Part shown: piece after piece, positions 13,146 to 25,189 of the stretch
Numbering within the stretch: the first letter of the stretch is position 1
How the letters are laid out: every line of letters begins with the position of its first letter
From: Felis catus
Lineage: Eukaryota
DNA length: 64,000 nucleotides
Direction of reading: 5' to 3'
Assembly: GCF_018350175.1 (NCBI RefSeq)
Contig: NC_058368.1
Span: forward strand, 38,628,001-38,692,000
Notes under the pieces: model-generated
What the model saw: only the letters and a program-made list of their open reading frames with translations
Database searches by the model: none
What the model was told of the DNA's origin: nothing
Translations under genes and position numbers: made by a program

Positions 13146-14179
13146 TTGTCTGGAGTGCATTGCCCACTCGCAGGAAGTATAAAAATATTTTATGCAATAT
13201 TATTAAATTATCCTTTGTCTCCCATTTTTATCTAGGGAAAATATTTATATAAATTACAATTAAAATAAACTGGGGTAAACTTTCTTAAATAGAAATATCC
13301 ACTGAGTTGTATATTTAAAAGCCATACTTTCCCTCTCTTCTGAAAACTACCTTTGCAAATATAAAAGAGTCACCTTGAAACCCAAATACCAAGGAGCAAA
13401 CAGAGCCTGGAGGCTTTAAACAATACTGTTGTGTGTGTGTGTGTGTGTGTGTCTCTCTCTCTCTCTTTTCTTTTTCTTTTTTTAAATTTTTGTTTAAAGC
13501 TTTGAAAATGGCCTCACTGAACACTGCCAATCATTATCCAGGGTCACTGAGATATATCCCAGCAGTTTGAAATTCTCTTTATGAGCTTTAGGAAAGCAAA
13601 TAGCAATCTTGTATGTTCCATCCCATGGGATGAAGTTACAGGTATAGCATTTTATAATATTCATGCTGAAGCAAGATATTTGTCAGTATTAAAAAAAACA
13701 ACACTGTAAACAATAAAAAATATTTCTACAAAAACTGTGCTGTATCCCAGTTCAGTGAATACAGATTGAACACTAAGAAGTGACATTTATATACAATGAA
13801 CACACTTCACAAAGGTAGGATCATGTTCAGTTACATATATATCTGCAGTCCCAATGCCTAGCCTGGTACCCAAGAGAGGAAAATATTTGCCTGATTGAAA
13901 GATACAGAAGGTAACATTTCTGTTCTCAAGGAGTACAAATTTTTTAAATGGGAGTGGATGGGGAAGACAAAGAACACATAAACTACAACTCAGAATATGG
14001 TTGTAAAATAATGGAAAGAGTGGCAACATTTAGGAAACAGAAAGAGTAGGGCAAATGTATAAATGACAAAATTAAAGTTTAGCTAGAATTTTATAAAGTT
14101 AGAGACAATAAAGAAATAATATTTACGTTGAAAAAGTTATTTTAATCCCTTGAGCTAAAAACTTTTGTATGATCTTTAA

Positions 14180-15005
14180 ATCCTCTCTTGTCTTTCCTCT
14201 AGGTCCACACTCCACATATTCCCACATCTCAACCATCAGCAAAGCCTCGGGTTTACTTTCAAAATATATTCACAGAATCTGACCACTTCCCACTCTTTCT
14301 CTTCAAGGACCTGAGTCCAAGTCACCATTCTCTCACCTATATTGTTGAAATAGCTCTTTGACTGGTCTCCCTAGTTTCGTACTTGCCCTCGTTCAATCTA
14401 TTCTCATATAGCAGACAAAATGATTCTATTAAAATTCCAGTATACTGTGTCAATGTTCTATCCCAGAACTCTCCAGTGGCTATTCATTACATTCATATTA
14501 AAAACCAACTCTCTTAAAATAGATTACAAAGCCCTCTCACCTTTTCTTCCTTCTTGTCTGTTTCATTCCAGTCATACTGACCCTTAGGATTCCTCAAAAA
14601 ATGCAGAGATGCACTTGCTTCAGAACTTTGCACTTGTTCTCTCTACCTCTTTTGCTTCTTCTCAAAACATCTCCATTTGCTTGCTCATTTTCTCCCAAAA
14701 GTCTAATCAAAACTTTACTTTTCTGTGTGCCTTCTCTGGCTACCTTATAGAACAAGCTTATTTTTATTTTTTTTAATGTCCATATTTGTGCTTTTGTATT
14801 TTTTTCTCCTTAACCCTTATTTTGATCTAATGTATTACACGTTACCAACTTTTTATTTTGTTTTTTCTATATTCTCCACTGGATAGTAAGCTCTGTTAAT
14901 GCCTGAAATTTTACCTCTTTAGTCAACTGCTCTATGTCCCATTTTCTAGAACTATAGTTAGGACACATTCTATGCTCAGTTAATTGTTGAACGAATGACT
15001 GATGA
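14180..15005 (+). mobile_element. LINE-2 3' portion
   Basis: caaaatatatt..cagaatctgaccactt...ctggtctccc...ctccagtggct, ending tgttgaacgaatgactga (L2 tail). Confidence 0.8.
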
Positions 15006-15055
15006 CTGAGGTTTTGAGGTTTTGAGCCTAAAAACCATGAGGAGTATTAAGGGAA

Positions 15056-15670
15056 TGTGGCAGAGACCACTGTTTTGTTTTCCAACTCAATGATCACTAT
15101 TCCTGTTTTTCTTGAATCCAGAACCTTGATTTTTTTAATGTTTTATTTCTTACAGTTTATTTTGAGGGAGAGAGTGCATATGCACATGGGGGAGGGGCAG
15201 AGAGAGAGGGGGAGAGAGAATCCCAAAGTAGGCTCTGCACTGTCAGTGCCTTTCCCAGTAATAAGGGATGGATATTGGTTGATACCAATCAGTAAATTAC
15301 AGTCTCTTCGCTAATAATATGTGTAGACCTAAGAATCTGACTCCCCTAAATAAAGAAAGTAAAGAGAAATACTCTGGCTCATGAGAAAGTATTATTTTCT
15401 CTGCTATTAGAAGAAAATACTCCCTTCCTATCTTTTGATATTATCGAGTATACATGGGTGGTAGATGTGTAGGCATTGTGAACCAAGGAAAAGAAAGCCC
15501 AATGAATTGGAGAAAGGCTAAACTGAAGCCTTGACAACATAGAAACACCAAGAAACACAACTTGGGCACTTCGGTGACTCTTGGCTACTTGTAATGTGAA
15601 ACAATAAATTCTTTATTCATTCAGGTCATTGTATTTGAATTTTTTACTACTTACGGAAGTCATCTTCTAT
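15056..15670 (+). mobile_element. Old MLT1-type LTR containing a SINE fragment
   Basis: tgtggcagagaccactg start; aataaattc...ttactacttac 3' end typical of MLT1 LTRs. Confidence 0.5.
15130..15250 (-). mobile_element. 5'-truncated Can-SINE
   Basis: T-rich tail, ggggagggcagagagag-like tract and ggctctgcactgtcagtgc; head absent. Confidence 0.85.
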
Positions 15671-16560
15671 AAATTATGCCTGTGGTTTATGAAAATGTGT
15701 AAGCCAGGAAGAAAAAGAGGCTCTTATTCTCTTTGCCTTTGATTTTAATATCTTGTATATATTAATGTATTTTCTGCTTCATACCGAAAAAACAAAAACA
15801 TAAACAAAAACAGAACAAAAAACACAAAAAAACACCTACCAAAATTTATATTCAACAGCACAGAGGGGAACTTTGTGTATGTAATATATAAATATTATGA
15901 GAACATATATGCTAGCAAAGAGAAAAATAGTAGGAAAGCAAAAAGAAAGCTAATTGTAAATCCAAGAAGCACAATTGAATAACTAAAGATAGGCTGTTAT
16001 TTCTGAATTCCTGAATACCCAAATCAGAAACAAATACAATAAATTAAGAGAAATACAGTATTTGTAACATCCAATATTTCTTTATGGTTGTTTGGAAGAA
16101 CAGATGTTCCTGGTACAGAGACCCTCAGAAAATGATTTTTATGATTCCTAGTGGGCAACATTCTTAGCAACACACCTGGAGAGTTAAAAAGTTTCTAATT
16201 ATCACTTCTGTCCACTCCCAGGATACTACTTCAGACAAAGCCACTATTGTATCTTGGCATTATGTTAGATCAACGTTCTATTTTCTTTCTTTATGTCTAC
16301 GTTTGTCCTCTCTGACACATATAATTAAATTCTATTACAGAGTGCAAAGATACTTCACATTAAAAATAAGTGTAGACATTGTGTCTATTCTCATGGAATT
16401 TAGATAGAAAATGTATATAATTAAAAGGCAGGGAGATTTCTGGTTTTATATATGGTGGAGTAGCTTATGGGAGATGACCATTCCAATTTAGAACAACAGC
16501 ACCATGACCAAATCTGGTCAAAAAAATTTTTTTTGAACATTTGAAAAAATTAAAGGTCAT

Positions 16561-16770
16561 GGGGTGCCTGGATGGCTCAGTCGGTTAAGCGTCCGACTTC
16601 AGCTCAGGTCATGATCTCGCGGTCCGTGGGTTCGAGCCCCGCGTCGGGCTCTGTGCTGACAGCTCAGAGACTGGAGCCTGTTTCAGATTCTGTGTCTCCC
16701 TCTCTCTGACCCTCTCCTGTTCATGCTCTGTCTCTCCCTGTCTCAAAAATAAATAAAGCATTTAAAAAAA
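16561..16770 (+). mobile_element. Felid Can-SINE
   Basis: Full body; 16-bp TSD gaaaaaattaaaggtc at 16543-16558 and 16771-16786. Confidence 0.96.
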
Positions 16771-16790
16771 GAAAAAATTAAAGGTCTTCT

Positions 16791-17292
16791 TGTTGCAGGA
16801 TTTTTTACTTCAATATCTGGGTCATTGTCCCGCACCTTTGAAGAATGAAGAGGTGGACATAAAATGAGCAGTAGGTGAAAATTTATTAGAGCATAATATT
16901 AGAAAGAAAGAATAGTATTAAAGCTATTTTCACAGAGGAGACATTTAAAAGTGAATGCCTAAAAACTGTAGGCAAGGGTCTTTGTTTTATAGGATTCTGG
17001 TCAGCCAGAATCGAAGCAGGCTCTAGGCTCTGAGCCATCAGCCCAGAGCCTGACGCGGGGCTCAAACTCACGGACCGTGAGATCGTGACCTGGCTGAAGT
17101 CGGACGCTTAACCGACTGCGCCACCCAGGCGCCCCTGATTAATTCTTAAGAGGAACCTTACACCTGAGGGGCTTTGCTGTGTGCAGACATTCCCAGCATT
17201 GTTCCAAAATATGTGTTATTTTTTCCCGTACCTCAGGTCCTAACTTTTGCCTTTCTGCCTGTTTTATACCGTTTTCCTATTATATTTCTAAC
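16791..17292 (-). mobile_element. Probable solo ERV LTR, interrupted by a SINE and a deletion
   Basis: TGTT...AACA termini; minus-strand AATAAA (tttatt near 16882) and TATA-like ttttatagg near 16985; no clear TSD. Confidence 0.6.
17006..17135 (-). mobile_element. Young felid SINE lacking its 3' part and tail
   Basis: Intact head ggggcgcctgggtggcgcagtcgg on the minus strand; similarity stops at cagaatc with no CT tract or poly(A). Confidence 0.92.
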
Positions 17293-17733
17293 ATAACTGG
17301 AAGGTAGGATCCCAGAACAAAATGAAATACAGAGAGTTGAACCCACAGTCATGAAGGCATTTTTGCCTTGGGCACTTGCCGATTAATGATAATTGAACAA
17401 AGTCCAATAATCCAACAATTTGCCAAGAATGTGAAAGATAGCAGATTTTATTTTTACCAGCATACAGTGCTGGGGGAAAAAAAAAGTTGAGATTAGCATG
17501 ACAAAAAAGTTAAAGGAGCAAAGATACCAGTGAGAAGAGAGATTCAGAGAGGTTAGCCTTTCATTCAGTGGTTTATTTCTGAAACTTGCAGGGTAAGAGG
17601 TGGCCTCATCCTATCATTCTGAGGAGATAAAAATTGGAGTCTATGTATGACATACAAAATTAGAGTAACCCGTACTTTTAGTTGTGATTCTGGAGAATTA
17701 CATCCTGAGACTGAAGATGAATCCCAGGTAGAT

Positions 17734-17771
<38 letters not shown>

Positions 17772-18499
17772 AAAAACAAGCAAACTGCAACACAGCTTTG
17801 AATAAGTTACTGTAATATGACCTTACATATCTGTCTGTAAGAAAATAGGGTGAAGCTTTTTTGGAAAAAGACATCATCTAAAGCCTCTTAAATTTTTCAA
17901 AGTCAATGTCTAGTCTTAAAATATCCGTGGCTAAGAGGGAAAAGAAAAATAATAAAAATAGATTTGAAGATAAACTTATTGAAATCATTAGCAATTGATT
18001 TAAATACAAATATGTCAAGAGTTATATATATATGATAGTTATACTAGAAAATTGTGATCTAGATAAACAAGATCAAAAGGAAATTTAGAATTCTGAAATA
18101 CTAACAAATTGAGACTCTAACAGATATAATAACAAATTGGACAAGAAAGAACAGATCATAGTGAACTGGAGAAACTAGTAAATATTCTAACTGGAACACA
18201 AGCAAATGGTTAAGAAAAAAATAGAAACAGAGGAGGAAAAAATTCTAGCATTGTAATCAGAGACTCCAGGGCACAAAAGAAAACAATTCAGAAGTAATGT
18301 TTAAAAAAATAACAGGTGTGTTATTCAATCTAAAATTTCTAGAAAGTGAACCCATATCAATTAATCTAGCTTTATCTACTGTTTTAGTATTCCCTCTGTG
18401 GTCTAACACCCTTAGTATTCATCGCTACACACGTCCAGTATTTGCCAAAATATATTAGGAAATGCTTGCAGTCATTTTATTTGTAAGTTATTTCCTCCT

Positions 18500-18963
18500 G
18501 GGTTATAGGCATATCTAATCCCCTTGAGCATGCTGTTGTGTGACCATTAGTTATGTATCTAGTGGCATCAGTGGGTTATTGTAGCAGGCCCTGAGTAAAA
18601 GGAGCAACACCTTCCAAGGCATCTTCCACAAATGAGGCTATCATTGTAATTTTAAACACAAAAGGCTCATCTTTTCAGAAAACAGAGGGCAAGCTACTTC
18701 TACTCAAAAGAATCTACACTACATTATGGTCCTTGTGTCATCATTACTACCAAAATAGCCCTGCACAACAGCCACATGATCTCCCCATGTGTCACTTGGT
18801 ATTTTATCATAGTCAATCACAGGTTATGGCCTGTGATTCCACTGTAGGCCATGGGCCACTAGCGTTCCATTTCTCTTTGAGAAGGAACTTGCTTGGTAAT
18901 CAAGCTCAAGGACAAAACTAACTCCCAAATCCCATCTTTAAGGACCACTCCTGATACCAATTT
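18500..18963 (-). mobile_element. ERVL internal 5' remnant with a tRNA-Leu-type primer-binding site
   Basis: Minus strand TGGTATCAGGAGTGG at 18945-18959, immediately after the LTR end; left boundary uncertain. Confidence 0.65.
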
Positions 18964-19823
18964 TCTAGCAGTCTGAGTCAAATCAAGAGACTAAACTACA
19001 AAGTGATATAATCAGGGGAAGTTTAATATAGAGAATGATTAAGATACAAGTGATTATGAGATACAAGAAATGTGACATCTTTAAATTGAGGGAAGGCTAG
19101 TTAGTGAAGGTCATACTTAAAAGGATGGCCCACTCCTGGGCTAGGGTTCAGATATCATAGTTAACGTGTACTTACAGGCTACTGGATGGGAGAGAAGTTC
19201 ACTGGCTTGCCTGGCCTCATCCACAGTTTCTGGGCAAACAGGAGGCAACCCTCTGGAGTACCAAAGGGGCACAGGTGAGCCACACCTGGTGTGGCCAGGT
19301 GTACGGCCATACCCATGAGAGAATGAGGGTACCAATGTGAACAGAAAGCCTGGAAAGCATGGTGTCTGTGTTGGGAGGTCCATGACATTAACAGGGCTGC
19401 AGCATCAGGAGAACCTTTGGAGACAAACATCTGGGGCCTTGGGATAGGTGAGCAGAGGAATGAGGGGCTCTGGTGTGGGTAGGAATCCTATAGCACATAG
19501 TGTTCATGTTAAGATGACTCCAGTTTGGTGATCACTAGCCTAAGTCAAGGCTGCAAGGGTGGCATGTGTAGCTGGAGACAGCAAGGAGGTCACATGTGTA
19601 GCTGGGACAGTTCTGACACTCATGCTACCAATCAAGAGTGCACCTTCTGGAAATGCAGGAGAACTCTTTTCTCTTGTAGTGTCCTTCTGGCAACCTCTAC
19701 TGAGAAACCTTAATGTTATGCTTACTATAATGGAGAAACTTTTCAAGAAATTATGTTCAGTATCACAGAGCATATACTGAAGGGTGAATTTGGTATTGAG
19801 AGGTAGTCAATTGATAATTGCAA
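18964..19823 (-). mobile_element. ERVL LTR (LTR52/LTR41-like)
   Basis: Minus start gcaattatcaattgactacctctcaataccaaattcacccttc resembles the recalled LTR41/52 start; abuts the PBS. Confidence 0.6.
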
Positions 19824-22800
19824 TAGATATCAAAGAATGATAGGTGTTTTTAATATTTAAAATTTATGCCACTAATATCCCTTGATATCAGTTGATTCCC
19901 TTCTATAATTACCTTTAAAACTTGGATATTATTTAACTTTTATTAAGTAATTCAGTGATCGTTCTGCTAAATGCTTCTACATACCATTTTTGTTCAGGCT
20001 GCCATCACATATTTTTACACTTTTTTGGTAACTTTCTGGCCATTAGGTAGAAATCTATATATAATCCAGTATGTTCTTAATGAAACATAGCTTACCATTT
20101 AAAGGCAGTTTACAAAATGTTAATTTTAAATATGTTCAAATCAGAGCTTCCTTTGCTTGTGTAATCCATATAAACATCTTTTTATTTTCATTTAACATTC
20201 TAAAAAGTTTGTAATTCTAGATGTTTTTGCAATTTGGTTTTAATTCATTTTGTACAGCTGCTCAGTCAGCATGTGGCCACTAACACATCATATGCCTTGT
20301 CACATAATCTGGTGTGATTTAGTGAGAAGGAGAGATCATTCCTCTCAGGGACTGAGGTGACTCAGGACACCAGGACAGTTGTCAGTTATTAAAAGTTTTG
20401 ATCATAAAACTTCTTTAATAAATGGATGTATTTGACTTGTTCTAAGCTATGATTAATCTTGAAGGAAACATATTGTCAACTTATTCCAAGTGATCTTTCT
20501 GTTTATTTTTGTATGTTCTCGTTTTGAACATCATAAAACCTTGAAAAAGTGCCAGTTACTGACTCTTTGAATGTTATTACTTAATCTTGAACATCATTCC
20601 TCTTAAAATACTTGACTACTTGATATTTTACCCTATTTTTTCTTTTTAGAGATTAAAATATTTTAGTTGGTATTTATACAGTTTCAACATATTAAGAAAT
20701 CTTGAAAACTTATGTTAAAAATCCATACATCCAAGTTTCCAGAATTTTGGTCTCAAGTAAATTGAATTTTTTTTATTTTTCAGATTTGTATTTTTTATTA
20801 TAAAGGCTTGAGAATATACCAGATAAAATGTGCAGTTTAGAGACAGAAATGGAGCCACACACGTGTGTAAAAACTTAAAAATCACATTTGTGTATTTATA
20901 ATCTACATTATATAACCCATTTATTTCAACTTTGACACATTGTACATTGTGAACATATTATGTTATACAAGATGCTATTAAATTTTTAACAATAGAATGA
21001 ATCTCAGCACGATCTGGCTCAAACCTCTCATTTTATAGATGCAAAACAAGCTAAAGTCTCAATAAATCTTAAAATATAACTCATTTTAAGTATTTTTTTC
21101 ATCAAACATTTATTTATCAGCTATACATAAGATTATTCTTGATGGGCCTAATGACACAGAAGGGGAATATATGATATGTTCTCAGAAAAAAAAAGAGGCT
21201 GAGATTTCATTATGTATTGCTTTTACTTGATTTTTCCTTATTGCCTTTCTGATTTTTGCTTCTCTCTCCATGGCCCCAGGGCTCAAAAATCTCATTGTGA
21301 TCTCACTAGTTATGGGCTTGTTTAAAATGGGGGTTTTGGTGAAAATTGGTGGTAAAACAAAAATGCATCTTCCCTTAATCTAAATCAGGATTCAAAACCT
21401 GTGAAAGTCATTAGTAATCTATGATATTAGTAACTTCAATTTCAGATAATGTTAGAAGGGATGGTTTACTTCACGTGGCCAGAATCAGCCCCATTTAAGC
21501 CTTTGATCAAAATAGGATTTATTATAATCCCAACACCTTCTATTGAATCACTTTCCCTCAAGTACTCCCCACTTTCCAGAATAAGCATGTTTTATATTAT
21601 AACTGTTAAACCAGATGGCTCTTACTTGTTTGCACAAAATGCTGAGTTTCATGTAAACATAAACACCCCAAATGGTTCTTCTGGAGAAAGCTGGTGGTTG
21701 TTTTTAGAGCAGTCGTTGGAGATTTGGACAGAAGAGCATATAACCCATAACCCTACATAATGTCTTTTAATTTATAATGGAACAGAGTAATAACTATGCC
21801 TTCCATATTTATTCCTGAATGCCTGAAAAGGTTAGGGTTTTCTGCTGTGAATGTTGCTTTGCAACAATGATTTTAGTTGTGCTGGACTTTCAAATAATTA
21901 ATTCTTAAAAGATATCTAAAAAACACACATACAATTTAGGTTTTGCTCTAGCTAGATTGTACATTTTGTTAGAGTTTTCTAATTTCTTTTGGTTTTGAAC
22001 TCATTATGTAGTAAAACCCCTAAGACTATTTCTTATATCAGCTACAAGAATTTAGGGGATCTGAGATTTCGTGTGCAGAGACTAATTTTAAATGAATTTT
22101 GATTGTCAGTACTCAATAACCAGGGCTTTGAATGCACCTGCCTTAAGTGAGGGACCTGGAGGTTTAAGATTCATTTGCTCCATAGTAAATCCTACTCTAA
22201 GAGAAAGAAAGCAATTTCAATAAGCAGTTAAAGTGAAACAAATATTTTGCTAGAAGGAATACAAGATGCTCTGGATATGTTTAGCAAGAGGTTTCTAATT
22301 TAGTGTGGGGGCATTTTGGATAGAAAGAAGAAAGTCAAAAAATGATGTTTTACCTAAATGGAGTGTCAGAACCAAATATCAGGGAGAAAAATGGAATAGA
22401 CCTGAAGCTCCTGTAAGAACAAAAACTGAACTTGGACCTTATTGTATGGGCTTGGGATTCCATGCAAGGGATTTTAGATGAGGTTAAAAAAATAGGTTAC
22501 ATTTTTAATGCAAAGGTAGTTGTATTTGTTCACTGATTTTACAAACATCTGCAAATGTGTGTCAGGAAATAAATTAGACTTTTAGGACTAAAAAGCCTTG
22601 TGAATTCAGGAGAACATTTTTCTTTTGGGGAATCTTAAATTTTTTCATTAAGGTAAAAGCCATGGGTTTTATTCCTCACATAAATGACTTCCTGGCAGAC
22701 AGAAGCATAATATTAAAATAAATATATGAAAAAGTATTTAAAACAGTAACATTGATATCATTATATGAAACACATTGACATTTGCTGCATGTAAGCAGTG

Positions 22801-23059
22801 GAGATCATTGGGGAAATGAGCTATTGTCAACTTGCATCATTTCCTTTCTGTTTGTAGTCAACTAAGCACAGCAGAGGGAACATTTAGGACTGTAATGCCC
22901 TGCATCCTCTTCTGCACTTGTTTCCAGGTGACAATTTTCTGTGGACATTTGCTTGAGATTTTAAAAAGGAGATGTTGTCATTCTCTAGAGGGCATTGGTA
23001 CATTACATGCCTTTTACTTCTGGCTGATTTGGAATGTTTTTCTTTATTTTTTATTTTAT

Positions 23060-23593
23060 TTTTTTTTAGGAATTCAGTTATGATACCTTGGTGAAATTAT
23101 CTTTGTGTTCATTCTGCTTGTGATTTCTTGAGATTCTCATATGTGTGGGTTGGTATTGTTATCATATATGAACAATTTTGGAGTCATTATCACTAGAAAT
23201 ACTTTATCTTCTCACGTACTCCTTCTAAGAGTCCAATATTTCTGTGCTTCATTACAGGTAGAATTATTCAAGTTCACCAACCCTGTTCAATCTCTGAACT
23301 GCTGTTACTTATATCTAGTGTGTCTTTAAATTTCAGATTCCAGGGGCGCCTGGGTGGCGCAGTCGGTTGGGGCGCCTGGGTGGCGCAGTCGGTTGGGCGT
23401 CCGACTTCAGCCAGGTCACGATCTCGCGGTCCGTGAGTTCGAGCCCCGCGTCGGGCTCTGGGCTGATGGCTCAGAGCCTGGAGCCTGTTTCCGATTCTGT
23501 GTCTCCCTCTCTCTCTGCCCCTCCCCCGTTCATGCTCTGTCTCTCTCTGTCCCAAAAATAAATAAACGTTGAAAAAAAAATTAAAAAAAATAA

Positions 23594-23624
<31 letters not shown>

Positions 23625-24540
23625 AAATTTCAGATTCTGTATTTTTGTTTTCATTCTAGAAGTTCCATTTTGTTCTCATGTTTTTTATTTTCCTTCTCAT
23701 TTGTCCTTCTTTGTGTCTATGTAAATATTTTAACACATCCATAATCGCTATTTTAAAATGTTATCGGCTATCCATCATGTCAGTTACTTCTGGCTACCTC
23801 TCTGTTTGAGATTTTATGTACTGCCTACAGATCATATTTTGTTTCTTGATGTCCAGTAATTTTTTATTGGCTTTGGACATTTGGAATGTTATGTTTTGAA
23901 TGTCTGGACCTTCCTTTAAAAAATGGTTGTTTAAGCAGGCACTACTTTGCGGATATTTTTGTTCTTATAGGCTTATTTCTGATGCTTTGTTAGGATATAT
24001 CTCCATAACCTATAATCTATGACCAGTTTAGTGCTTCACCTTACACCTTAAGTTATGGTCTTTCCAGGGTCTCAGTTGATTTCCTTGATGTTCAAAGAGA
24101 TCTCTCCACACTTGCTGGTTGGTACTCAAATATTACTCAACTCTGTGTAAGCTACAGTAGTTTTCAGTTCATGGTTTCTCAACCGTTGTTTTTTCTTTCC
24201 CTGGTGTTTTTTCTTTTCATATGCTCCTGAAGTATGCCCATATTCTTCTTCAGCAAGGAATTTAAGAAGACCGATCTGTAGATTTGTGGAGCTTCTTGTC
24301 TGCCTATTTTCCTTCTCTCTGTTATTCAGCCTTGCAAATCCAGGTACCTCAACTTCTGTGAAATCTTATCTGTGTTACCTCTGCACCATGGTGCCAAAAG
24401 CACCTTGAGTTAAGTTAGAAAACCAGACTAATGGCAGAGTGTATCTCATTTGTTTTACTTCTTTCATAGCTTTGAACTGCCTGTTGTTCAGGGAATGAAA
24501 ATAATTGTTTCACATTCTTTGTTCACATTTCTAATTCTGG
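23060..24540 (-). mobile_element. Ancient L1M ORF1/5' remnant
   Basis: T-rich antisense ORF1-like decay (ttttggagtcattat..aaatact, tctagaagttccattt). Confidence 0.6.
23343..23623 (+). mobile_element. Young felid SINE with a duplicated 26-nt head and (AAAT)n tail
   Basis: Head repeated at 23343-23368 and 23369-23394; TSD taaatttcagattc at 23327-23340 and 23624-23637. Confidence 0.96.
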
Positions 24541-25189
24541 TATTGCTTTATTGAATGATTGAAGTTGTGTATAAAACTTTCAGTGGGGCAGCTGAATGGA
24601 ATTAAGGATGACTTACCTGTCTTGCTTTGGAAACTGGGTTCATGTTAAAAGCTGTCACTGAGGTAGAGAGGGGAAAGCAGGAGTAAAGGCAAAACAGGAG
24701 GATTCAGGATGGCAACAGGAAACATAGTATGTTCCTTTTTCTTGATTTATTACTTGAGAAAGTAATAAATCAAGTGGGTATGAACTATAGGAAGTGAAAG
24801 GTTAGTAAAGAAGTCTAAGTTAGAGGTCAGCTATTAAGTAAATAGTCAACTCATATTAACACAGTAGAAAAGAAATTGAGTATCAAGAATCTTACAACTA
24901 TTATTTGTTCTGCCTTCCTTATACTAGTACCTTAGAATGATACTAAAAAAGGAAATGTCATAGATCACGGGGATCATTTCTTCAAATTGAAGCTATGTCA
25001 TCTATTGTTTCTTTAATCAAATATCATGACAAACTGAATTGCCCAGGGGAGGAGCCAAGTCAAATTTCTCTTCAACATTAAAGAAAATAACACATAATAT
25101 TTCAAAAGTGACATTATTCCAAGGAAAGTGATGTGTTCCTGACAGTCATGTGTGGCATTTAAAGAAAATTGCCTATAAATATACATAGA

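Larger units (their letters stand above)
16425..18320 (+). mobile_element. Ancient L1M 5' UTR/ORF1 remnant hosting SINE and LTR inserts
   Basis: A-rich ORF1-like decay (agtgaactggag..., gaaatttagaa) and an old-L1-type 5' start; boundaries approximate. Confidence 0.5.

Noticed and set aside
21449..21760. 103-aa ATG ORF in unique sequence
   Set aside because: No recognisable homology, promoter or splice donor; compatible with chance.
23274..23654. Recurrent ORFs such as MAQSV.. and GQRETEHERGRG.. (also near 1833, 7026, 8786, 25494, 52873)
   Set aside because: Can-SINE translations, not genes.
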